Shown here piece by piece: positions 10,264 through 17,137 of a stretch of DNA of 28,651 nt. Position 1 is the first letter of the stretch. Every line of letters starts with the position of its first letter. The translations under genes and the position numbers were made by a program. The stretch is from a virus (Duplodnaviria; Caudoviricetes). The stretch covers positions 1-28,651 of the IMG/VR virus record IMGVR_UViG_3300017774_002060, one strand, 5' to 3'. The notes beneath the pieces are model-generated. The model ran no database searches. It was given only the letters and a program-made list of their open reading frames with translations, and was not told where the DNA came from.

Positions 10264-10274
10264 TAGGAAAATAA

Positions 10275-11141
10275 ATGGCATACATTGGCAATCAAGTAAC
10301 ATCAGTACCGTTCATTATAGACACGTTTAGTGGCACAGGTTCTGCAACAGTGTTTGGACAATTAGTTCGTGCGCCTGCTTCTGTGGCATCTATTGCCGTG
10401 TTCATTTCAGGTGTCTATAAAACTCCAGGTGTTGATTATACACTCAACGGTGATTTTATTACATTCACCACAGCACCTGCATCAGGTACAAACAACATCG
10501 TCATTCATCATATGGGTAACGGTTCAGCAACATCTGTACCTTCTGATGGTTCGGTTACTGGTGCAAAACTTGGTGCCAATACTGTTCGAGGTAATAACAT
10601 TGTTGCAGGTCAAATTACTGGCAACCTTATTGGCATAAATGCAATTTCTGTTAATAATTTTTCTAGTGGTAGTGTTACTTCAAACGTTCTTGCTTCCAAT
10701 CTTTCTATTTCATTAACCCGTGCATTAGAGTCTGCAAATATAAATTCTATTGTACCAAATGGACGTATAGACATTGATATTGCAAATAATGTTGTTTACT
10801 ATTTCAATGCAAACAGTACAGCAAATATGACGTTTAATCTTCGTGCTAACACACGAAACACTTTTGATTCAGTAACTACAACAGGTCAATCTGTAACTGT
10901 TGCAATGATTGTGAAACATGGACTAACAAGACATACTGCTAACCTTTTTATTGATGGTACCCTGATTACTAGCGGTGCTGGTGGTGCTGGACCTAATTCT
11001 ATTGTTTATATCGCTAATACAAAACCAAATTTTCAGTCTCTCACAAATCAAGAGACAAATATTTACGGTTACACTGTATTGAAAACTGCTGCAAATACTT
11101 ATGCGGTGTTTGCATCAAACACACTTTTTGCTCTAGGATAA
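10275..11141 (+). CDS. Fibre-like protein B; paralog of 8791..9732
   Basis: MAYIGN start; FSGTGS.TVF..VFISGVYKTPGVDYTLNGDFITFTTAP; decamer stalk; C-terminal VYYFNANSTANMTFNLR...GQSVTVA...YTVLKTAANTYAVFASNTLF. Confidence 0.75.
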   Translation: MAYIGNQVTSVPFIIDTFSGTGSATVFGQLVRAPASVASIAVFISGVYKTPGVDYTLNGDFITFTTAPASGTNNIVIHHMGNGSATSVPSDGSVTGAKLGANTVRGNNIVAGQITGNLIGINAISVNNFSSGSVTSNVLASNLSISLTRALESANINSIVPNGRIDIDIANNVVYYFNANSTANMTFNLRANTRNTFDSVTTTGQSVTVAMIVKHGLTRHTANLFIDGTLITSGAGGAGPNSIVYIANTKPNFQSLTNQETNIYGYTVLKTAANTYAVFASNTLFALG

Positions 11142-11142
11142 A

Positions 11143-12147
11143 ATGCCTATTATTGGTTCATTAGGAAATGCCAGTGCTTCATCATATGGAATAGGAAGAA
11201 GTGTTGGGCCAAAACTTTTAAATGCCGCCTTTGTCGATTATTTGATTGTTGGTGGTGGCGGTGGCGGTGGATCAAATCGAAACGCTTTTGACGGTACTGG
11301 TTGCGGTGGTGGTGGTGCTGGCGGTTATAGAACTGGAACAGGATTAACCATAACGCTTGACGAAGTTTATAATATTGAGATCGGTGGTGGTGGCGCTGGT
11401 GGCCCATCTGGTGCTGGAGCAGCAGGTAGCAATGGTTCAAATACTGGAATATTTTCATCAGTGCCCACATCATCATTTTCCGCATTATTTTCATCTGGTG
11501 GTGGTGGTGGTGCGTTTACTGTTGGAAGGTCTGGTGGTTCTGGTGGCGGCGCTGGCTGCGGTAATGGTGCTACCAATCAATTTGGTGGATTAGGAAATAT
11601 TGGAAATTATTCCCCATCCGAAGGTAATAATGGCGGCGCATCGAGAACAGGTAATCCAAATGCTGGTGCTGCAGGTGGCGGTGGTGGCGGTGGTGCTGGC
11701 GGTGCGGGTGCGTCTCCACCTAATGCTTCAGTTAATGGTGGAGCAGGTGGTGCTGGTCTATCAACATCAATATCAGGTACACCAACATTCTTTGCTGGTG
11801 GCGGTGGTGGTGGTGCGTTTGGTTTTTCACCCGATGCACCAGCACCCTATCCTGCAGGAACAATTGGTTCTGGTGGTTCCAGTATCGGTGGTAATGGTGG
11901 ATTTGGTCCTTATCTCAATCACACTCAAGCGACTAATGGAACACCAAACACAGGCTCGGGTGGTGGTGGTGCTGGTGGGTTTTTTGGTGGAATTTCTTTT
12001 TCTGCTGGTAATGGAAGTGGAGGAGTTATTGTTATCCGTATTCCAAATATATACACGAATGCTGCAACAACAGGTATATACACCGAAGATGCTAATTATA
12101 GATATTTCAGGTTTAATTCATCAGGCACACTCAAGTTTGTAGTCTAA
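11143..12147 (+). CDS. Glycine-rich putative receptor-binding/adhesin tip protein (polyglycine type)
   Basis: VDYLIVGGGGGGG...GGGGAGGY...GGGGG...GSGGVIVIR...YFRFNSSGTL; many polyGly tracts; starts 1 nt after fibre B. Confidence 0.75.
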   Translation: MPIIGSLGNASASSYGIGRSVGPKLLNAAFVDYLIVGGGGGGGSNRNAFDGTGCGGGGAGGYRTGTGLTITLDEVYNIEIGGGGAGGPSGAGAAGSNGSNTGIFSSVPTSSFSALFSSGGGGGAFTVGRSGGSGGGAGCGNGATNQFGGLGNIGNYSPSEGNNGGASRTGNPNAGAAGGGGGGGAGGAGASPPNASVNGGAGGAGLSTSISGTPTFFAGGGGGGAFGFSPDAPAPYPAGTIGSGGSSIGGNGGFGPYLNHTQATNGTPNTGSGGGGAGGFFGGISFSAGNGSGGVIVIRIPNIYTNAATTGIYTEDANYRYFRFNSSGTLKFVV

Positions 12148-12180
12148 AGATTTGTTTGAAGAAATAAGTTAGTTTATGTT

Positions 12181-12188
12181 TATAAATA
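12181..12188 (+). promoter_or_regulatory. T4 late promoter (TATAAATA)
   Basis: Perfect consensus in intergenic DNA, ending 33 nt before the ATG at 12222. Confidence 0.75.
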
Positions 12189-12221
12189 GATATTAATAAC
12201 TAAAGAAAGAGCATTTGAAAC

Positions 12222-12608
12222 ATGGCACATTTTGCTGAATTGGATAAAAACAATACGGTATTAAGAATAATTGTTGTTCATAATAACGAACTACTTGATG
12301 AAAATGGTAACGAGCAAGAAGCACTCGGAATTGCCTTTTGTGAGAATTTGTTTGGAAGTAGATGGAAACAAACCTCATATAACTCTAATTTTCGTGTTCG
12401 TTATGCTGGACAAGGGTATACATATAATGAGCAATATGATGCTTTTATACCCCCAAAACCATATCCATCGTGGGTTTTAAATACCACAAGATTACATTAT
12501 GAGGCACCAATACCTAGGCCATCAGATTCTAATGAGGATTCAATGAATCCTGATGAACGAGTATATTATGATTGGGACGAAGAACTTGGTAATTGGGTTC
12601 GAGTGTAA
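12222..12608 (+). CDS. Conserved phage protein (MAHFAELD...WKQTSYN..FR..YAG.GYTY....DAFIPPKPYPSW type), probable partner/chaperone of the Gly-rich protein
   Basis: Recognisable motif string typically found next to Gly-rich phage proteins. Function is inferred from context. Confidence 0.7.
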   Translation: MAHFAELDKNNTVLRIIVVHNNELLDENGNEQEALGIAFCENLFGSRWKQTSYNSNFRVRYAGQGYTYNEQYDAFIPPKPYPSWVLNTTRLHYEAPIPRPSDSNEDSMNPDERVYYDWDEELGNWVRV

Positions 12609-12629
12609 TATATCCTATACTTACTTCTC

Positions 12630-12655
12630 AAAACCCCACTACGGTGGGGTTTTTT
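12630..12655 (+). terminator. Rho-independent terminator with a cUACGg (UNCG) tetraloop
   Basis: AAAACCCCAC-TACG-GTGGGGTTTTTT: GC-rich stem, UNCG loop closed by C-G, U-tract. Confidence 0.9.
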
Positions 12656-12673
12656 ATTAGCGGTATAAGATTG

Positions 12674-12681
12674 ACTAAATA
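12674..12681 (+). promoter_or_regulatory. Late promoter variant (ACTAAATA) directly after the terminator
   Basis: TAAATA core between the terminator and an AAGGAG RBS; the same octamer precedes gp18. Confidence 0.55.
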
Positions 12682-12702
12682 CATCAATAAAAGGAGAAAA
12701 TC

Positions 12703-13038
12703 TTGGCTGCTTATGTAGAACTTACAATAGAACAAGGTGCGAATTTAGTTTCAACTGTTTCTGTCAATGACAATCAAGGTGATGCTGTAAATTTAACCAC
12801 TTACTCCGCATCTTCTCAGTTACGCAAGTCTTATTATTCCTCATCTGCAAATACTATGTTGGCTACCATTACTGGTAATGCCAATGGTGAGATTACTCTT
12901 TCAATGACCGCAGCAAATACTGCTAATCTTACTTCAGGTCGGTATGTCTATGATTTAACTATTCGTAATTCCGTAGATAATTCTGTGACCCGTGTAGTAG
13001 AAGGCACAGCAGTTGTATTACCATCAGTTACGAGGTAA
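12703..13038 (+). CDS. Small Ig/BppU-N-like virion adaptor protein (TTG start)
   Basis: AAGGAG RBS; LTIEQGA...VNLTTYSASSQLRKSY...GEITLSMTAANTANL..GRYVYDL...VTRVVEG...V.P.VTR pattern. Confidence 0.7.
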   Translation: MAAYVELTIEQGANLVSTVSVNDNQGDAVNLTTYSASSQLRKSYYSSSANTMLATITGNANGEITLSMTAANTANLTSGRYVYDLTIRNSVDNSVTRVVEGTAVVLPSVTR

Positions 13039-13041
13039 GAA

Positions 13042-13272
13042 ATGGCAGATATCGGTAAGGTTGTAATATCGCAACCCAATAGAACAACAATAACATCACC
13101 CAATTATCGTCCTAAGCCTAATGTATCATTTGCTGAAATCAATGATGTATCGACGGAAGGTTTAGAAGATGGTTATACAATCATCTTTAGTGCTGCAAAT
13201 AATAGATATGAAACTAAACCTATAGCGAACTTAACAGCATCGGTTACAAATATAGTTGGTGGATTTTTCTAA
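13042..13272 (+). CDS. Small fibre-linker-like protein with a C-terminal GGxF-type motif
   Basis: GAGG RBS; INDVSTEGLEDGYTIIF....RY motif; ends IVGGFF. Confidence 0.65.
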   Translation: MADIGKVVISQPNRTTITSPNYRPKPNVSFAEINDVSTEGLEDGYTIIFSAANNRYETKPIANLTASVTNIVGGFF

Positions 13273-13281
13273 GAATTATAA

Positions 13282-16200
13282 ATGGCTAATACACTCATCC
13301 AGATAAAACGTTCATTAGTAAATAATGTACCTAGTATATTAAATGTTGCTGAACCTGCATATTCGTATTCAAGTAATACACTGTATATTGGTGCGCCCGG
13401 TAGTAATGGTTCTATTGAGATTGGAGGTTACAAATATGTTATTCAATTAGGTGCTGCTTATAATCATGCGAATGCTGCATTCAATCAAGCAAATACTGGT
13501 GGCGGTGCAGATCAATTTGCACGTAACACCGCTAATGCTGCTTTTGCTGCTACCAACGGTGCGATAGCAGTTAATCTTACACAAAACAATTCAATTGCTG
13601 CTGCATTCACTCACGCAAATGCTGCATTCTTTGCTGCTAACAATGCGACTGATACCTATGTTCGCAACCATGCTAATGCCGCATTTGATACCGCCAACGG
13701 TGCGATAGCAGTTAATCTTACACAAAACAATTCAATTGCTGCTGCACATATTCGTGCCAACAACTCATTAGATGCAAACGTTGGTGGAATAGTCACAGGT
13801 AATGTAACAGTCACACAGAATCTTACTGTTACTGGAAACATATCTGTTAGTGGAAATTTATTTACATCTATTCCCGCAAATGGAAATACGTCAGCATATG
13901 CGACAAAGTATCTTGTAGAATATAATCCTGTTTCAAGAGAATTTTCATATTCTAGTACGCCTAATGCTTCTAATCCTTACATAACAGGATATAGTTCTGA
14001 GATTCATGTTAGTCCTGTTGCATTTAATGATAGTGGTAAAGGTACAATTGGTGATCCAGTAAAAACAATTGCCAGAGCAAAAGAATTATTGGCTCTTGCA
14101 TTTGAAACTACTGCTGTTGGTCAAAGAAAAACAATCATTTTACATCCAGGTGATTATGCCGAAAATGTGACCATTGATACACAATTTACCGTATTAGCAT
14201 CACATGAACTAGTAGGTAAATCTACAACGCTTTCTGGCACTTTAACTCTTGCAACAGGTTGTACCGTTGACGGTCTGAAGATGACCAATCTTGTTATTAG
14301 TGCCACAGCAGCAAACGGAACAGTAGATTTAATTGGTTGTACTGTAACTACAGCAGTAACAAAAACATCATCTGCATACACCGTTCTTAGGGGTTGCGAT
14401 TTATCTTCTGCAACATTAAGTGTTACTGGTGCTGGTAACACAATTTTGATTGGAGGTAACTATGGTACTCTTACTGTAAATAATGTTTCTGCTGGAGTCT
14501 TGGCTAAAGCAGTAATTACGATGGGTCCAATCACTCTGACAGCAGGAACATTACAGATTGCTGATACGATTGTTTATTCGGCCACTAATTCATCTAATGC
14601 TATAACTCAAAGTGTTGGGTCAGTATTAACATTAAATAACAGTCAGATATTAATACCTGCTTTAACTAGTGTAGCAAGAGTAAATTTAGGTGGATTTTAT
14701 TCCATTCTTCATTCTGTTTATGATAAACCAAATTCTACATTATCTGGCACATCATTAAATGCTATTTCATATAGTCAATATATTAATGCTGATAATGTAA
14801 CACTATCATCTGGAGGAAGTTTAGTATTTCCAGATTCAACGATACAGATAACAGCGGCTGCGCCATACGCATATTCAAATGCTGCATATGCACAAGCAAA
14901 CTCTGGATTCATCCAAGCAAATGCAGCGTTTATTCACGCAAACGCTGCATACCAATCACAGAATACAACAGGTCAGTATGCCAATGCCGCATTTGTTCGT
15001 GCTAATAACTCGTTAGATGCAAATAATGGCGGTACAATTTCTGGTAATGTTACTGTCGTTGGTAACTTAACATCTAATACAATAACAATAACAGGTTCTA
15101 ATGGCAGCATCTCTGGTGCTAACGCCATTTTTGCTAACTATGTTTTTGCATCAAATGGTACAGTTGATTTATTCATCTATGCCAATAATGCATATACAAC
15201 AGCAAATGCTGCCTTTGCTGCTGCTAATGCTTCTGCTGCTATTGATGTAACACAGAATAATAACATTACTGTATCACTTAACACCGCTAATGCTGCATTC
15301 TTACATGCCAATGCTGCATTCAATCAAGCAAATACTGGTGGCAGTAGTACAGATCAATTTGCACGTAACACCGCTAATGCTGCTTTCACTGCTGCAAACT
15401 CTGCTGGTGTATATGCTAATGCTTCATTCATACAAGCAAATGCCGCATACCAATCACAGAATACCACAGGTCAGTATGCCAACTCAGCATTTATTCATGC
15501 CAATGCTGCATACCAATCACAGAATACTACAGGTCAATATGCCAATGCTGCGTTTACTGTTTCTAATGGCGCATTTATTCATGCCAATAGTTCATATATT
15601 CATACAAATGCGGCGTTTGCAAATTCCAATTCATACATTACATACAATGAAGCAGTAAATGTAACGCAAAATAATTCTATTATTGCAGCATTTATTCATG
15701 CAAATGCCGCTTATTTGTCACAGAACACAACTGGACAATATGCGAATGCTGCATTTATTCATGCGAACTCATCGTTCAATTTTGCAAACGATGTTTCAAT
15801 TGCAGCAAATACACCAAGTCATGTAGCAAACTCTGCTGCGATATATGCGAATGGTGCTTTTGCTGCTGCTAACGCTTCTGCTGCTATTGATGTAACACAA
15901 AATAATTCCATTACTGCTGCATTTATTCATGCAAACGCCGCATTCAATCAAGCAAATACTGGTGGCGGTGGTGCAGATCAATTTGCACGTAACACCGCCA
16001 ATGCTGCGTTTATACAAGCAAATACACCAAGTCATGTTGCTAACTCCGCAGCAATTTATGCCAATGGTGCCTTTGCTGCTGCAAACTCTGCTGGTGTATA
16101 TGCCAATGCTGCATTTATTCATGCAAACGCCGCATTCAATCAAGCAAATACTGGTGGCGGTGGTGCGGATCAATTTGCACGTAACACCGCTAATGCAGCC

Positions 16201-16668
16201 TTTATTCATGCGAATGCAGCATTCGATCAAGCAAATACTGGTGGCGGTGGTGCAGATCAATTTGCACGTAACACCGCCAATGCTGCGTTTACACGTGCAA
16301 ACACATCAGAAATCGTTTTTGTTATAGATGGTGGCGGTTCGACCATATCTACAGGACTTCGTGGTTCACTTGAAGTACCATTTAATTGCAATGTGGTCTC
16401 TTGGACTATTTTGACCGATCAAAATGGTACTATAGTAATGAATGTATTTAATGAAACGTATAGTACATGGGGTTCAACATTACCAAGACCGGCAGGAGCA
16501 GAACTTGTCCTTGATGTTCCTGTTTCTATAACTTCTTCAGCATCAAAAAATAACTACACATTATCACCACAAGCATCAATAGCAGCATCAAATGTGTTAT
16601 CATATAATGTTTTTTCTATTTCTACAATTACAAGAGCGTCAGTATGCCTGAGAGTAATAAAAACATAA
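13282..16668 (+). CDS. Long fibre protein: Mtd_N-like N-terminus, ANAAF heptad stalk, inserted beta-helix domain, C-terminal beta-sandwich
   Basis: IQIKRS...P..L...EPAYSY.SNTLYIG; many ANAAF heptads; IHVSP..NDSGKGTIGDPVKTIARA...IILHPGDYAENV; C-terminal IDGGGSTISTG.RG.LEVPF.C....WTILTDQ.G.IV domain. Confidence 0.8.
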   Translation: MANTLIQIKRSLVNNVPSILNVAEPAYSYSSNTLYIGAPGSNGSIEIGGYKYVIQLGAAYNHANAAFNQANTGGGADQFARNTANAAFAATNGAIAVNLTQNNSIAAAFTHANAAFFAANNATDTYVRNHANAAFDTANGAIAVNLTQNNSIAAAHIRANNSLDANVGGIVTGNVTVTQNLTVTGNISVSGNLFTSIPANGNTSAYATKYLVEYNPVSREFSYSSTPNASNPYITGYSSEIHVSPVAFNDSGKGTIGDPVKTIARAKELLALAFETTAVGQRKTIILHPGDYAENVTIDTQFTVLASHELVGKSTTLSGTLTLATGCTVDGLKMTNLVISATAANGTVDLIGCTVTTAVTKTSSAYTVLRGCDLSSATLSVTGAGNTILIGGNYGTLTVNNVSAGVLAKAVITMGPITLTAGTLQIADTIVYSATNSSNAITQSVGSVLTLNNSQILIPALTSVARVNLGGFYSILHSVYDKPNSTLSGTSLNAISYSQYINADNVTLSSGGSLVFPDSTIQITAAAPYAYSNAAYAQANSGFIQANAAFIHANAAYQSQNTTGQYANAAFVRANNSLDANNGGTISGNVTVVGNLTSNTITITGSNGSISGANAIFANYVFASNGTVDLFIYANNAYTTANAAFAAANASAAIDVTQNNNITVSLNTANAAFLHANAAFNQANTGGSSTDQFARNTANAAFTAANSAGVYANASFIQANAAYQSQNTTGQYANSAFIHANAAYQSQNTTGQYANAAFTVSNGAFIHANSSYIHTNAAFANSNSYITYNEAVNVTQNNSIIAAFIHANAAYLSQNTTGQYANAAFIHANSSFNFANDVSIAANTPSHVANSAAIYANGAFAAANASAAIDVTQNNSITAAFIHANAAFNQANTGGGGADQFARNTANAAFIQANTPSHVANSAAIYANGAFAAANSAGVYANAAFIHANAAFNQANTGGGGADQFARNTANAAFIHANAAFDQANTGGGGADQFARNTANAAFTRANTSEIVFVIDGGGSTISTGLRGSLEVPFNCNVVSWTILTDQNGTIVMNVFNETYSTWGSTLPRPAGAELVLDVPVSITSSASKNNYTLSPQASIAASNVLSYNVFSISTITRASVCLRVIKT
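13471..16290 (+). repeat. Five dispersed near-identical ~70-95 bp in-frame repeats encoding NAAF(N/D)QANTGG(G/S)n(A/T)DQFARNTANAAF
   Basis: Copies at ~13471-13541, 15310-15383, 15916-16010, 16108-16195 and 16201-16290 share CAAGCAAATACTGGTGGC and GATCAATTTGCACGTAACACCGC. Confidence 0.9.
13553..13746 (+). repeat. Exact 53-bp direct repeat, 141 bp period
   Basis: CCAACGGTGCGATAGCAGTTAATCTTACACAAAACAATTCAATTGCTGCTGCA at 13553-13605 and 13694-13746. Confidence 0.9.
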
Positions 16669-16937
16669 TTAATGTTGGTCCAAAATATATCTTCTCATAT
16701 GCAAATATGACATTTAATTTATATCATGCTAACACTGGAGAGGGTTTACTAAAACATTCACATACTGTTTCACATTTAACAGTTACCACTTCTGGTAAAA
16801 CTGTAACAAGAAAAGAAAACATCTATAAAGAAATGAACAAGGATCATCCACCAATTATACTTAAAGAAGATGAGTGGCATGAAATAGAATCTCTTGAAGA
16901 TGGTACAGTTTTTATTAATATATTTGAAAGGAAATAA
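16644..16937 (+). CDS. Small cupin (RmlC-like) protein
   Basis: Cupin motif 1 GLLKHSHTVSHLTVTTSG and motif 2 LKEDEWHEIESLEDGTVFINIF. The track's start overlaps the fibre gene by 25 nt; the true start may be a downstream Met. Confidence 0.7.
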   Translation: MPESNKNIINVGPKYIFSYANMTFNLYHANTGEGLLKHSHTVSHLTVTTSGKTVTRKENIYKEMNKDHPPIILKEDEWHEIESLEDGTVFINIFERK

Positions 16938-16939
16938 TT

Positions 16940-17134
16940 ATGCCTAGTTATGCTATTTTTGACGAAAATAATACATTTCAAAACAATATTATATGTGATG
17001 AAAATGATCAATTGCCTGAAGGTTGGAGAAAAGAATTAATCCCTGAAGGACATGTTTGGTATATGAATAGATTTGTGACATATGAAGAACTACAGTCTCT
17101 ACTTCCAAAAAATATTATTCCAGAAACAATATAA
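16940..17134 (+). CDS. Small acidic protein, likely partner/chaperone of the downstream Gly-rich protein
   Basis: N-terminus YAIFDENNTFQNNII resembles FAELDKNNTVLRIIV of 12222..12608; 2-3 nt gaps to both neighbours. Confidence 0.65.
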   Translation: MPSYAIFDENNTFQNNIICDENDQLPEGWRKELIPEGHVWYMNRFVTYEELQSLLPKNIIPETI

Positions 17135-17137
17135 AAT

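Noticed and set aside
13471-16290. Repeats considered as a CRISPR array or a DGR template/variable repeat pair
   Set aside because: They are in-frame coding repeats with irregular spacing and repetitive intervening sequence. There is no adenine-specific mismatch pattern and no cas or reverse transcriptase gene in the window, despite the Mtd_N-like N-terminus.
15290-16327. Overlapping ORFs 15290..15658, 15929..16327 and 15796..16260
   Set aside because: Alternative frames of the ANAAF repeat stalk, open because of low-complexity codon use.
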